64,000 bases of DNA from positions 165,017-229,016 of the forward strand of contig CALRAL010000001.1 in assembly GCA_943350875.1 (NCBI GenBank). Reading direction: 5' to 3'. The translations under genes and the position numbers were made by a program. Positions 1-10,151 of the stretch are shown here, one piece after another; position 1 is the first letter of the stretch, and each line of letters opens with the position of its first letter. The stretch comes from Candidatus Nomurabacteria bacterium (GTDB taxonomy: Bacteria; Patescibacteriota; Minisyncoccia; Phycocordibacterales; UBA9973). The notes below the pieces were generated by a model. It was not told the origin of the DNA. It did not search any database and worked only from the letters and a program-made list of their open reading frames with translations.

Positions 1-94
1 CGCTCTCAAAGACGGCACAGTCAAATTCGGCTCAAAACGCAAAACTTCTTTCAACAGCAAAACTGTTGTCAAAAAAGTTGTGAATGTTATCTAG
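1..94 (+). CDS. rpmA: 50S ribosomal protein L27, 3' end (partial)
   Basis: Frame from position 2 reads ALKDGTVKFGSKRKTSFNSKTVVKKVVNVI*, a typical L27 C-terminus; not in the ORF track. Confidence 0.8.
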   Translation, partial: ALKDGTVKFGSKRKTSFNSKTVVKKVVNVI

Positions 95-98
95 GAAA

Positions 99-542
99 TT
101 ATTCCCCTTCTACGATGAGTTTGAATGAAGATTTTTTGTTGTTCACTTTGACGGGGATTTCAAATTCTCCTGTTTCTTTGATTGGTTTTTCGAGCATTAT
201 AAAAGCTTCATTTATATCTGCATGATTTTGCTCTTTCATGGCGCTCACTATGTCTCTCGCATGGATTGCAGAGAAAAGGTGTCCTATGTCATTAGTTTTG
301 CCTTTTATGGTGATGATTTTATCTTTCAATTCTTCCAAATTCTTCATTAACAAATCTTCTTGCACTTCCCTTTCAACCAATATTTCTTTCTTCCTTAATT
401 CTAATTCCGCTATGGCTTTTGGGGTGGCCATTACTGCCAATTTATTAGGCAAAAGGAAATTCATGGCGTATCCGTCATTTACATCTTTTATATCATGTCT
501 TTTACCCACCCTCGGCACATCTTTTAAAAAAATTACTTTCAT
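99..542 (-). CDS. rplI: 50S ribosomal protein L9
   Basis: MKVIFLKDV...VNDGYAMNFLLP motif; start moved to the MKVIF ATG. Confidence 0.95.
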   Translation of the reverse strand: MKVIFLKDVPRVGKRHDIKDVNDGYAMNFLLPNKLAVMATPKAIAELELRKKEILVEREVQEDLLMKNLEELKDKIITIKGKTNDIGHLFSAIHARDIVSAMKEQNHADINEAFIMLEKPIKETGEFEIPVKVNNKKSSFKLIVEGE

Positions 543-550
543 GATTGATT

Positions 551-1786
551 TTATTTCCAATTATTTAATAATTCTACTGCTTTATCCATTTGTGGATCCT
601 CGCCTGCATCGCTATGCGAAGCATTACGGGCAGGTTTTTTATTCTCTACTTTATAATCCGGAGTGAGCCCTTTTTCAGATATTGACGTGCCGTTTGGGGT
701 GAGCCACTTTGCCACAGTTATTTTCAATATAGTATCTGGTGTGACATCTACCACTTCTTGTACTGAACCTTTACCATAGCTCTGTGTTCCCACGAGTTTT
801 GCTTTTTTATGGTCTTGCATTGCTCCTGCCAATATTTCTGAAGCAGAAGCAGAGCCTCCATCTATGAGTATGGCAAATTTTAATTTATCTGTGAATACAT
901 CATAGCCTAGACTTCGGTGTATTTTAGGCTTGGCATTGGTCCCATAGTCTTCTGTCACGACTGTCTTACCACTCTGTAAAAACCAGCTCGCCATACTGAC
1001 TGCGGCATCTAAGTATCCTCCAGGATTACCTCTCAAATCAAGCAACAATTTATCTGTTTTTGCATCGGCGAATTCCTTGACTGCTTTTTGGAAAAGTCTC
1101 GCAGAGTCGGCAGAAAAGCTGTAAAGTCTTATTATAAAAATTCCATCTTTACGTAATTCAGTATCGAGTGTAGGTACATTGATAGTATCACGGACTATTT
1201 TTATTTCTCTCGGCTCTTTATCACCTTCACGATATATAGTAAGCGTGACAGCAGTGTCTTTATCGCCTCGTATTAGTTTTATAGCTTTTTCTATACTCAA
1301 GTCAGCTGTACTTGTTTTATCTATTTTTAGAATTTTGTCACCTGGTTTTACTCCGGCTTTGTACCCAGGAGTATCTTTAAGTGGGGCTATGACAGTCAGA
1401 ACCTTGTCTTTTATACCCACTTCTACCCCTATGCCTCCAAATGATCCAGCTATGTCATCTTCGAAGAGTTTAGCTTCGTCTGGACTGAAAAATACGCTAT
1501 AAGGGTCATTTAAAGAGCCTACAAGCCCTGAAATAGCCCCATATACCCGTTTCTGGTCATTTATCTTGTTTGCGTTCGGAGACTTCTCGTTGATGGTATT
1601 CCAGACTTTCCAAAATGGAGCAAAGTCAGCTTTTGTTGTGACAGCTGTTTCTTTATTTTGTACATCTGCTTTATTTATTTCTGGAATTGATTTACTGTGA
1701 AAACCAATATAAATACCTAAAATAAAAAAACCAGCAACGAGCAGGATGAAGCTTGCAGTGCGTTTTGTTTTTAAAAATTCAAGCAT
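551..1786 (-). CDS. ctpA: Carboxyl-terminal processing protease (S41, PDZ)
   Basis: DLRGNPGG, SASASEI and GKGSVQ motifs; N-terminal TM segment; carries a 12-aa repeat-derived insert near the C-terminus. Confidence 0.92.
   Translation of the reverse strand: MLEFLKTKRTASFILLVAGFFILGIYIGFHSKSIPEINKADVQNKETAVTTKADFAPFWKVWNTINEKSPNANKINDQKRVYGAISGLVGSLNDPYSVFFSPDEAKLFEDDIAGSFGGIGVEVGIKDKVLTVIAPLKDTPGYKAGVKPGDKILKIDKTSTADLSIEKAIKLIRGDKDTAVTLTIYREGDKEPREIKIVRDTINVPTLDTELRKDGIFIIRLYSFSADSARLFQKAVKEFADAKTDKLLLDLRGNPGGYLDAAVSMASWFLQSGKTVVTEDYGTNAKPKIHRSLGYDVFTDKLKFAILIDGGSASASEILAGAMQDHKKAKLVGTQSYGKGSVQEVVDVTPDTILKITVAKWLTPNGTSISEKGLTPDYKVENKKPARNASHSDAGEDPQMDKAVELLNNWK
599..634. repeat. 36-bp palindromic element, family A (encodes PARNASHSDAGE)
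   Basis: CTCGCCTGCATCGCTATGCGAAGCATTACGGGCAGG; near-identical copies at 30189, 33086 and 33949. Confidence 0.95.
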
Positions 1787-1982
1787 TTTCTGAAAAATTA
1801 TCAAACTTTTTTTCTTCCATTTTTTCTACTTCCTTTACTTCTCTTCTTAATGTAAAACTAAAATAAATCAGAGCCAAACCTGTGACAGTAAAAAATATAT
1901 TCTTAACATTATAAGGAAAACCTAAATAAGGCAAAACTGCTACCCAAATACCAAGTATCAAAAGTCTTTTTATTCTTATCAT
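1779..1982 (-). CDS. Small membrane protein, hypothetical
   Basis: 67 aa with two hydrophobic segments, co-oriented with neighbours. Confidence 0.7.
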   Translation of the reverse strand: MIRIKRLLILGIWVAVLPYLGFPYNVKNIFFTVTGLALIYFSFTLRREVKEVEKMEEKKFDNFSENA

Positions 1983-2028
1983 ATCTTTATATTATATCTC
2001 AACAAAACTACAAAATGCAAATGTATTT

Positions 2029-3744
2029 TTATTTGAAATAATCTGCAGAATTTATAGACATCCAGTCGAGTAATTGGCGTAATATGAATGAGGCCCCGAC
2101 ACCGTTCGTAGAGGGGCCGGCTTCCATCATTACAGTAAATGCATATTTAGGATTCTCATATGGGAAGAATCCAATTACCCAAGAGTTCACTTTGTTTTTA
2201 GCCACGCCGAGCTGAGCTGTACCAGTCTTGGCGGCGACATGTGTATAAGGCACATTGAGAGTTATGGCTGTTCCATTGGTCACTGCGAGACGCATACCCT
2301 TTTGCACTACATTGAAATATTCTTTTTTAAAATCAAGAGCTAAAGTTTTATTTTCCTTTTCTATATCTTCTAAAATAAAATGTGGAGTTAAAAGTTCCCC
2401 TGAGTTTGCGATAGAGGCGACCGCTCGAGCCATTTCAATCGGTGTCACTTGGAAGCCGTACTGCCCGATAGCTGTGTGATACGTGTCTCCAATACGCCAG
2501 ACGCCATCTTTGAAGTTCTTCACTTTCCATTCTGGACTAGGGATGGTGCCACCTTTTTCATCTGGCATGTCTATGCCTGTTTTTTGTCCAATACCAAAAA
2601 GTGATGCATATTTCCCAATATTATTTATGCCCAATCCTTTTTGCCCTTCATATCCCCCTCCTATTTCATAAAAATAAACGTCTGAAGATACAGCTATGGC
2701 TTCCATTATATTGGTCCAACCATTGGCTCGCCAGTCTTTGAAAACAGTTTTTTGATCTGGGAAATATGGATTCGGTATGGAGATAGAACCTGTTGAAAGT
2801 ATTTTCTTATATGGATCGATCACGCCTTCGGTCAATGCTCCCAATGCAAAGAATGGTTTGACAATGGACCCTGGAGTATAAAGTCCAGAGAGAGTCCTAT
2901 CCATGAAAACTTTTCTTTTGTCTTTGAAATAATTTTTTATTATATCATTTTCCTTTCCTTCTGAAAGTATTCCAGAATCATATTCTGGATAGCTTACAGA
3001 TGCTATCATCTCGCCATTCCTCACATCCATTATAACTCCGGCTCCACCGTTGAAAGAATTACTTTTTGATAAATTTCTTATTAAGTTAAATAATTCTTGC
3101 TGTATTTTTGCATCAATAGTAGTCACTAGGTCAATGCCTCTCTTGGGTGCATTTACCACATTTTCTGAATAAATTTTACCCTTGGCATCTACTTCCACTA
3201 TTTTTAAACCTTTCTCACCTTTTATTTTATCATCATATTGTTTTTCTAAACCATCTTTACCTATAAATTCAGTTTGCCAATAATTACCTGTCTTATCTTG
3301 AGCAGGATAGCTCACATATCCTAAAACATGTGAGAATCCAGGGTTTTTATAAACTCTCAATGGGAAGCCTAAATTATCATTCTCTGTTTCCACATTTTCC
3401 ACTTTTTTGTTCCAAGCCAGTTCGACTTTGTTTCTATCATATATGATTCCTCTATCCGCAAAAATTATATTTTTCTCTAAAGTATTATTTTCGCTACGTT
3501 TCAAATACATCTCTCCTTTTTGCATTTGCAAATATTCTAGACGTATCATAAACATAACGATGACACATATAAAAAAAAATCCGATAGTTAAAACATTCTT
3601 CTTAGGGATAGACTTTTCTATTCGTCCTTCGAATTGTTGCAGGTCAAAGTTCTGTAAATTTTTTGAATCCAGAAATATCTCGTCTGGTTCTACAAAAAAG
3701 TTTGATTTACTGACTTTTCTATTCGTTAATATCTTTCTAATCAT
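2029..3744 (-). CDS. mrdA: Penicillin-binding protein 2 (class B transpeptidase)
   Basis: RGIIYDRN, PGSIVK (SxxK), SSD and KTGTAQ motifs. Confidence 0.9.
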   Translation of the reverse strand: MIRKILTNRKVSKSNFFVEPDEIFLDSKNLQNFDLQQFEGRIEKSIPKKNVLTIGFFFICVIVMFMIRLEYLQMQKGEMYLKRSENNTLEKNIIFADRGIIYDRNKVELAWNKKVENVETENDNLGFPLRVYKNPGFSHVLGYVSYPAQDKTGNYWQTEFIGKDGLEKQYDDKIKGEKGLKIVEVDAKGKIYSENVVNAPKRGIDLVTTIDAKIQQELFNLIRNLSKSNSFNGGAGVIMDVRNGEMIASVSYPEYDSGILSEGKENDIIKNYFKDKRKVFMDRTLSGLYTPGSIVKPFFALGALTEGVIDPYKKILSTGSISIPNPYFPDQKTVFKDWRANGWTNIMEAIAVSSDVYFYEIGGGYEGQKGLGINNIGKYASLFGIGQKTGIDMPDEKGGTIPSPEWKVKNFKDGVWRIGDTYHTAIGQYGFQVTPIEMARAVASIANSGELLTPHFILEDIEKENKTLALDFKKEYFNVVQKGMRLAVTNGTAITLNVPYTHVAAKTGTAQLGVAKNKVNSWVIGFFPYENPKYAFTVMMEAGPSTNGVGASFILRQLLDWMSINSADYFK

Positions 3745-3746
3745 TT

Positions 3747-4031
3747 CTATATTTTATGATAAAATTTTATTTTCTTTTTTAATATTTCTATGATGCAAAG
3801 TATTATGATTGAACCAATCAAAGATATAAAAACTATATTATAAAGTCTTGTTTCTCTAACCCCATACAACAAATCTGAAAGAAAAAATAATGCTATGGCT
3901 TCAAAGAAAAAAGAGAAATAAATCATTCCCAATGAGCCTAGAATGACAGAAAGCCAAAATGGCATGAAAAGTATGGATATAAGTAAGACAACAGAATATA
4001 TTATCCTATATATTAAAATATTTTTTTCCAT
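3747..4031 (-). CDS. Hypothetical membrane protein upstream of mrdA
   Basis: 94 aa, mostly hydrophobic, tightly packed with neighbours. Confidence 0.7.
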   Translation of the reverse strand: MEKNILIYRIIYSVVLLISILFMPFWLSVILGSLGMIYFSFFFEAIALFFLSDLLYGVRETRLYNIVFISLIGSIIILCIIEILKKKIKFYHKI

Positions 4032-4828
4032 ATATATTTAATTAAGAAAAACAAAATTAGGATAGATATAATATAGAATACTATTTTGGTGTTTAAGATA
4101 AAAGAAAATACAGATAAGAAAAATAATTCTATGTATTTGAATGGCTTCAAAAGCGTGCTACTCTTGTCTGTATTATTATTTAGCACACTTTTATTTTCCC
4201 CTAGTTTTTTTATATCCCCTTTAATTACTTCTTTTTTGTTTTCTGTTTCTTTAGCTGTATTTATTCTAAAATTTTCTACTGCATTTACACTTTCGTTTAT
4301 AGGCTTTTTTACTTCATCTGGTATTTTTTCTTCTACAAATTTATTTACACTATTTATTGGAGAAGAAAGAGTATTTATTATATTGCCTATGTCCGCCTTA
4401 GGGATTATTTTTTTAGCTACTGTTGTTTTATTTTTATCTGTCTCATTTTCAGCTAGGTAAACTTCTTCATACTTACTGGTTCCTATTAAAAATTTTGCAT
4501 TTTCTATTTTACCAAATATTGTATGATCGCCAGCATTTACAGTCCAATCAATAGATATATCTTTGGTGCCCTTTGGAGATGCAGAGAAATCTTTCTTACC
4601 CAAGAGTATTGTATTGTCGAAAAAAAATACTGTACCAGAGAGCTCCCTAGCATCTGGATTAAATACTAAAGTGTAGATTTTTATTTTATCTCCTTCCTCA
4701 AATGGGTCTTTGGAGTACCAAATATTTGCAGGGATAAATCCAGCATTTGAATTAGCGCCGTATATCTTACTTACAGGTAACAAAGAAAATAATAAAAATA
4801 AAATTAGGCTGATTTTTTTAAGAGTCAT
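4013..4828 (-). CDS. Exported protein with Ig/CARDB-like region and C-terminal TM anchor
   Basis: Signal peptide from ATG 4828 (TGCTATAAT 6 nt upstream); WTVNAGDHTI motif; C-terminal hydrophobic helix. Confidence 0.65.
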   Translation of the reverse strand: MTLKKISLILFLLFSLLPVSKIYGANSNAGFIPANIWYSKDPFEEGDKIKIYTLVFNPDARELSGTVFFFDNTILLGKKDFSASPKGTKDISIDWTVNAGDHTIFGKIENAKFLIGTSKYEEVYLAENETDKNKTTVAKKIIPKADIGNIINTLSSPINSVNKFVEEKIPDEVKKPINESVNAVENFRINTAKETENKKEVIKGDIKKLGENKSVLNNNTDKSSTLLKPFKYIELFFLSVFSFILNTKIVFYIISILILFFLIKYIWKKIF

Positions 4829-4851
4829 AAGAAAATTATAGCATAAAAATA

Positions 4852-5451
4852 TTAAATATTTGCGATTTTCTTTTTTAGATATTTTGTTAGGAAATAGATA
4901 AAAGTGACAGGGATGCATATCCCTAAAATAGCGAAAGTTAATTTAAATTTATCAGATACAGAATAATATGCTTCCCCAAAGAAATATCCTATGGTCAGCA
5001 TTATAGAAATAAGGATTATTTCCCCTGCCCCGTTTAATAATATGTATTTTTTTAGAGATATCTTTGTAGCCCCTGCTGTCATTAATGTGGCTATGGATAT
5101 GCCGAGTCCGATAGTGATTTTAGAAAAAAATAGTATTCTCTCATGATATTTCTGAAATAGTTTTTTTGATCTCTCAAATATTTCTGGAGTAAAATTTAAA
5201 ATGTGCCCGTGCTTTTTAAGTATTGGTTCTGCAAAATAATATCCTATATGGTACCAAACGATATCTGCAAAAAGGTCCCCTAAGGCTAGGGCCACAAATG
5301 TCGGAATTAAATCAAGGAATTTGGTGTGAATCAAAAATCCGCAAGTGATCATTAACACTGGCCCCTCTATGACTGCACCGATAAAAATGGCTATATATTT
5401 GAAGCCATACAGAAGTGAAATTAAAGATTGTATAAATGGGGTGAAATACAT
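4852..5451 (-). CDS. DedA family membrane protein
   Basis: IEGP, GDLFADIVWYHIG and AGATKISLKKY pattern. Confidence 0.85.
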   Translation of the reverse strand: MYFTPFIQSLISLLYGFKYIAIFIGAVIEGPVLMITCGFLIHTKFLDLIPTFVALALGDLFADIVWYHIGYYFAEPILKKHGHILNFTPEIFERSKKLFQKYHERILFFSKITIGLGISIATLMTAGATKISLKKYILLNGAGEIILISIMLTIGYFFGEAYYSVSDKFKLTFAILGICIPVTFIYFLTKYLKKKIANI

Positions 5452-5536
5452 TAAATTGGAGTTGCTTTGTTTACAGAGCAGCTCTTCCTTTTTTTATATC
5501 ATGACTGTAGACCCTGACGACCGAAGGGAGGAAGGG

Positions 5537-5607
5537 CTGGGATACATGGATTCGAACCACGATTAAAGGCTTCAAAGGCCTCTGTCCTACCATTAGACGA
5601 TATCCCA
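5537..5607 (-). tRNA. tRNA-Gln(TTG)
   Basis: Cloverleaf TGGGATA..., anticodon arm GAGGC-CTTTGAA-GCCTT, T-loop GTTCGAATC. Confidence 0.95.
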
Positions 5608-5610
5608 ATA

Positions 5611-6651
5611 TCATTTATCTTGCCTCATTATTTCAATAAGCGCAAGTTCGAGCGGAAGTTCTGATACAAAGGCTTTATCTATATTCTGGTATGCTTCGAG
5701 GAGTGTGGATAAGGCAGTCGAGCGTAATTTGCCCTCTTTATCATTCTTTACTGTACTTTTTATAAACTCCAAATCTGTCTCAGAAAGATCGCTGCCCATC
5801 TCATCTATTAGCTTTGGCGCATAACGGATTATGATAGCCACCCTTAATTTTTGAATTATGAGTTTTAAATATAATTTCATATCCAGATTCTCACTCGATG
5901 CTTTTTGTACAGTCATTATTCCCTCTTCCAGATTTTTATTTACAATGGAAGAAATAAAATCATTTACTAAAATGCTTTTTGGCGCGCCAGTTATTTTTTC
6001 TACATCCTCTTTTTTAATTTTCTTAGTTTTCGAGAAATTTAAAACTTTTTGCAATATCCCCTCTGCATCTCTGAAAGATCCATCACCCAACAATGCTATC
6101 AATTCTGCAGATCCGGAATCAAGTTCAAAGCCCTCGCTTTTTGCAATCTCTGTCACGCAATTTTTAAGAATTACATCTGAAGGTTTGTTGAAATTAAAAA
6201 CTTGGCAACGAGAGATGATAGTTTCTGGGACTTTATGAAATTCCGTGGTAGCTAAAATAAATATAACGTGTTTTGGGGGCTCTTCTAATGTTTTAAGTAG
6301 CGCCCCCCAAGCGTCCTTGGAAAGCATATGAACCTCGTCTATAATGTATATTTTGTATTTTGAATCAAACGGGAGGACTCTAGTGCCATCCCTTAGGGTC
6401 CTAATGTCGTCAATTCCGCGATTTGAGGCTGCATCTATCTCATATAGGTCATTTACTGATACGCCTATTTCGTTTGCAAATATGCGCGCTACAGACGTTT
6501 TGCCAGTGCCTCTAGAGCCCACAAAAAGGTATGCATGCGAGACTTTGTTCATTTTTATAGAACTTTCTAATATCTTTACTATATGGTCTTGCCCTAGAAC
6601 CTCGCCAAAAGTTTTAGGTCTGTATTTCCTGTATAATGCCAAATCTTGCAT
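5611..6651 (-). CDS. dnaX: DNA polymerase III subunit gamma/tau
   Basis: LYRKYRP, GSRGTGKTS, IIDEVHML, LEEPP and SRCQ motifs. Confidence 0.96.
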   Translation of the reverse strand: MQDLALYRKYRPKTFGEVLGQDHIVKILESSIKMNKVSHAYLFVGSRGTGKTSVARIFANEIGVSVNDLYEIDAASNRGIDDIRTLRDGTRVLPFDSKYKIYIIDEVHMLSKDAWGALLKTLEEPPKHVIFILATTEFHKVPETIISRCQVFNFNKPSDVILKNCVTEIAKSEGFELDSGSAELIALLGDGSFRDAEGILQKVLNFSKTKKIKKEDVEKITGAPKSILVNDFISSIVNKNLEEGIMTVQKASSENLDMKLYLKLIIQKLRVAIIIRYAPKLIDEMGSDLSETDLEFIKSTVKNDKEGKLRSTALSTLLEAYQNIDKAFVSELPLELALIEIMRQDK

Positions 6652-6674
6652 AAGTGTATTCTACCTTATTTAGA

Positions 6675-6759
6675 GAAGAATTTCAAAAATTTTAAGAGTC
6701 GTGGGTCCCCTGTCCTTGTGTCCCCGAGGGCGAAGGCTCAGAAATTTTTGAAATTCTTC
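6675..6759. repeat. Hairpin element, family C (GGGTCCCCTGTCC...GAGGGCGAAGGC core)
   Basis: 17-bp terminal inverted repeats GAAGAATTTCAAAAATT; core repeated at 48857, 41131 and partly at 60369; supplies the dus stop codon. Confidence 0.9.
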
Positions 6760-7832
6760 AGCAATAAAAAATCATTAGTTATTTTTTCCACCTCGCTGGC
6801 ATTTTCGGCTCCCATAAGTTTTTCTCGTAATTCTTTTGCACCATCAAAACCATTCACATATGCTTTGTAATGTTTTTTCATTATGGCAAACTTTTTGTAT
6901 TTCCCTAACATTTCTTCAAAAAGTTTTGTGTGCTCTACCATGACTTTTAGTTTTTGTTTAATATTTTGTTCGCTTCGTTCTCTTAAATTTTCTGTCCCTG
7001 CGCCCTTCTCAGAGTACTGAGTGGGACCCTCGGGCGCAGAAAATTCAAGAGAACTTCGCTTACTAAATAGCCATGGATTCCCGAAAATAGCTCTGCCCAA
7101 CATCACCCCATCACAACCATATTCTTCACACTTCCTCCTAGCGTCGTCAGTGTCTACGACATCACCATTGCCGATGATAAGTGTATTTTTATTTATTTCA
7201 TTTCGCATTTCAACTATTCTTGGCATCAAGTCCCAATGCGCAGGAACTTTGGACATCTCTTTACGAGTTCGCAGGTGTACCGTTAGCACAGAAATATTTT
7301 CTTCTAATAAAGTTTTTATCCACTCAACATCCAACAAATGATTATTTTTGCCTGCCCGTCCGAGGACTTTAGGCGAAGGCGGGTTAAAACCAATACGAGT
7401 TTTGACAGAGATCGGTAGACTTGGTGCACCTTCTTTTGCGGCACGAATTATTTCTCTTGCAAGTTTTGGATTCTTTATACAAGCTGCTCCTGCACCTTGT
7501 TTCTCTATGGATTTATCCGGACAACCCATATTTATATCTATTCCATCAAAACCAAGTTCTGCACAAAGAGCTGAAGCCAGCTTTATATTTCCTGGTCTTG
7601 AACCAAATATTTGAGCCACTATCGGATGCTCATTTTCTCCATATTTTAGGTCAATTAAGAGCTTTTCACGTGCTTTTGGGTGTGCAAGGCCATCAGCTGA
7701 CACAAATTCTGTCCAAAATACATCTGGCTTACCATATTTTGCTATTATTTGCCTAAATGCACAATCTGTCACATCTGCCATTGGAGCAAGTACAAAAATA
7801 GGCCTGTTTAATTTTTGCCAAAAGTTTTGCAT
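6738..7832 (-). CDS. tRNA-dihydrouridine synthase
   Basis: LAPMADVTD, DINMGCP, IIGNGD and DGVMLGR motifs; two repeat-derived inserts. Confidence 0.92.
   Translation of the reverse strand: MQNFWQKLNRPIFVLAPMADVTDCAFRQIIAKYGKPDVFWTEFVSADGLAHPKAREKLLIDLKYGENEHPIVAQIFGSRPGNIKLASALCAELGFDGIDINMGCPDKSIEKQGAGAACIKNPKLAREIIRAAKEGAPSLPISVKTRIGFNPPSPKVLGRAGKNNHLLDVEWIKTLLEENISVLTVHLRTRKEMSKVPAHWDLMPRIVEMRNEINKNTLIIGNGDVVDTDDARRKCEEYGCDGVMLGRAIFGNPWLFSKRSSLEFSAPEGPTQYSEKGAGTENLRERSEQNIKQKLKVMVEHTKLFEEMLGKYKKFAIMKKHYKAYVNGFDGAKELREKLMGAENASEVEKITNDFLLLKNFKNF
6977..7054. repeat. Hairpin element, family D, in frame in dus
   Basis: Arms GTTCTCTTAAATTTTCT / AGAAAATTCAAGAGAAC; core matches the intergenic copy at 37726-37810 in opposite orientation. 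Confidence 0.85.
7351..7383. repeat. 33-bp CCTG-hairpin element in frame in dus
   Basis: CCTGCCCGTCCGAGGACTTTAGGCGAAGGCGGG; removal restores KTRIGFNKN. Confidence 0.85.
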
Positions 7833-7833
7833 A

Positions 7834-8718
7834 TTACTTGAATTTGTAATATACCTTATTTCCAAATCTTAGATCAATATATAAAAGAGAAGAATATTTT
7901 TTCACAAATTCTGCTTGCAAAGGTTCTGTAGACAATATAGTGTCCAAGTTCTCTATTATTTTTTCTGGAATGAAATCTTTTTTGATAATAATCTTTGGTG
8001 AGTCCGCCAAAGATACATTTGATGACAAGTATATATTTATGTCTCCATCATCTCTATATGAAAAAGCAGTCGTTTTTGCTTTTGTTTGTTTTAACAGTTC
8101 TATAAGAGAGGAAATATTTCCAAAATTTTCTTTACTAAAATTATACCCTATTGGATTTTCTAAATTTTCTAATATTCCCCCAAAGAACTTAAAATATACA
8201 TTACCTGAGAAATATGGTGCATTATCAAAGATATATCCATTTTCATCTACAAAATAGCACTTATCTTCTTTAGATTTATCACTGTTTTCATATAGTGTCA
8301 CATCATCTCCACACCAGACATATTTTTTCTCTCTTTCAGTGACATTTATTTCTAAAGTGTCTGTATTTTTTACACTTACAGAAATAGCTTTAAATATTTT
8401 AAATTTGTTTACTAACTCATTTTTGATTTTACTTTTAGGATATAAAACAAAATTTGTCTTAGGGAATAACCACAGATAGTCCCCCTCTATACTCTTTTGA
8501 ACTATTTCTTTTATTTTATCTGTTTCTGTTATTTTATTACCAGAGATTTGTATGTCTATAATATTTATCTTTTGCCACCTCGATAAGAATATGAGGCCAA
8601 CAAATATGATTAAAAAGCAAGAAAAATAAAATAGAATCTTATTTTTCAAAACCGAAATCTTCCTCTTTTTAAGTTTTTGAACTGGCGCAGAATTTAAAAC
8701 AACTTTTTTTTTTATCAT
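7834..8718 (-). CDS. FtsQ/DivIB-like cell division protein
   Basis: Basic N-terminus, single TM, POTRA-like segment (IQISGN...LEINVTER), C-terminal YIDLRFGNKVY. Confidence 0.65.
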   Translation of the reverse strand: MIKKKVVLNSAPVQKLKKRKISVLKNKILFYFSCFLIIFVGLIFLSRWQKINIIDIQISGNKITETDKIKEIVQKSIEGDYLWLFPKTNFVLYPKSKIKNELVNKFKIFKAISVSVKNTDTLEINVTEREKKYVWCGDDVTLYENSDKSKEDKCYFVDENGYIFDNAPYFSGNVYFKFFGGILENLENPIGYNFSKENFGNISSLIELLKQTKAKTTAFSYRDDGDINIYLSSNVSLADSPKIIIKKDFIPEKIIENLDTILSTEPLQAEFVKKYSSLLYIDLRFGNKVYYKFK

Positions 8719-8738
8719 TTAATATAAGAATTAAATAA

Positions 8739-10004
8739 CTAAGAAATAAATTCTTTACCACCCATATATTTTCTCAAAACTTCAGGGATTTTTATGGTGC
8801 CGTCTGCTTGCTGGAAGTTTTCAACCATGGAAACCAATATTCGCGGAGTAGGTATCGCAGTGCAATTTAATGAATGAGCATAATTCATTTTCCCAGTTTC
8901 ATCTTTATAGCGTATATTAAAACGTCTAGTTTGAAAATCATGAAAATAAGAAGCTGAAGATATTTCTCTATATTTATTCTCTTTTGGCACCCAGAGTTCA
9001 ATGTCATACTTTTTTACTTGACCCAAACCTAAATCTCCTCCGCAGTTTATTACTGTGTGATATGGAATTTCCAAGGACTCTATAAACTCTTCAGTATTCC
9101 TATTTATTTCCTCGTGCATTTTTACAGAAATTTCATGATTGGCTTCACATAATACAACTTGTTCCATTTTATAAAATTCGTGAACACGAATAAGACCTTT
9201 TGTATCTTTACCGTGACTTCCCGCTTCCCGCCTAAAACAAGGTGAGAATCCCAAGTATTTTAATGGGAATAATTTTTTATCAATAATTTCTCCAGAATAA
9301 AAACCCATTATTGGCACTTCGGATGTTCCAGCTAAATATTCTCCATCTTGAGTTTTGTATAAATCTTCTTCCCCTTGAGGTATAAATCCAGTTCCCAAAA
9401 AAGACTCTTTGCGGTCTATGATTGGTGGGATTATCGGTGTAAATCCTTTATCTGTAAAAAAATCCATAGCATAATTCCATATAGCAAAACAAAGTTTAAC
9501 ACTTTCACCAGTCAAGAAATAACCGCGAAAACCATGCACTTTTATTCCACGTTCAAAATCAACCATTTTGTGCGAGTTCATTATTTCAATATGATCTTTG
9601 GGTTCAAAATTGAATTTTGTTTTCTCACCCCATGTTTTTATTTCTACATTATCTCCATCATCTTTACCTTCTGGTACAGATATATCAGGTATATTTGGTA
9701 TTTGGAGCATCATCTTTTGCCATTCCTCTACAATAGTTTTCAATTTTTCTTCTTTTGCTTTTATCTCTTCTTTTACAGTGCGCATTTCTTCTATTAGTTG
9801 TATTTTGAGTGCAGGATCTTGATCTCGCACAATGTCATTTGAAACCTTGTTTACTTCACTACGAAGGTCTTCTACTTCCTTCAATATTTTCAAACGTTCA
9901 TCATCGAGTTTTATCAATTTTTCAATATCGACTTCCACATGCTTTTTTTTAGCACCTGCTTCTACTATTTCTTTATTTTCTTTTATAAACTTAATATCTA
10001 GCAT
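8739..10004 (-). CDS. serS: Serine--tRNA ligase
   Basis: MLDIKFI, GTSE, CFRREAGSHG, GLIRVHEF and HSLN motifs. Confidence 0.97.
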   Translation of the reverse strand: MLDIKFIKENKEIVEAGAKKKHVEVDIEKLIKLDDERLKILKEVEDLRSEVNKVSNDIVRDQDPALKIQLIEEMRTVKEEIKAKEEKLKTIVEEWQKMMLQIPNIPDISVPEGKDDGDNVEIKTWGEKTKFNFEPKDHIEIMNSHKMVDFERGIKVHGFRGYFLTGESVKLCFAIWNYAMDFFTDKGFTPIIPPIIDRKESFLGTGFIPQGEEDLYKTQDGEYLAGTSEVPIMGFYSGEIIDKKLFPLKYLGFSPCFRREAGSHGKDTKGLIRVHEFYKMEQVVLCEANHEISVKMHEEINRNTEEFIESLEIPYHTVINCGGDLGLGQVKKYDIELWVPKENKYREISSASYFHDFQTRRFNIRYKDETGKMNYAHSLNCTAIPTPRILVSMVENFQQADGTIKIPEVLRKYMGGKEFIS

Positions 10005-10034
10005 AATGTTTCTATTATATATTATTATTGGTAT

Positions 10035-10150
10035 AATGAAAAGACGGGAATTACTTCTAAAAACCGCATATAATTTTCTGCTGAAAATTTATTATGCTCG
10101 GCTCGTCAGCCTGCGCAATGCTTTTTATAAGTAATTCCCGTCTTTTCATT
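10035..10150. repeat. 116-bp MITE/REPIN-like inverted-repeat element
   Basis: Perfect 22-bp inverted repeat AATGAAAAGACGGGAATTACTT between divergent serS and dprA. Confidence 0.85.
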
Positions 10151-10151
10151 C

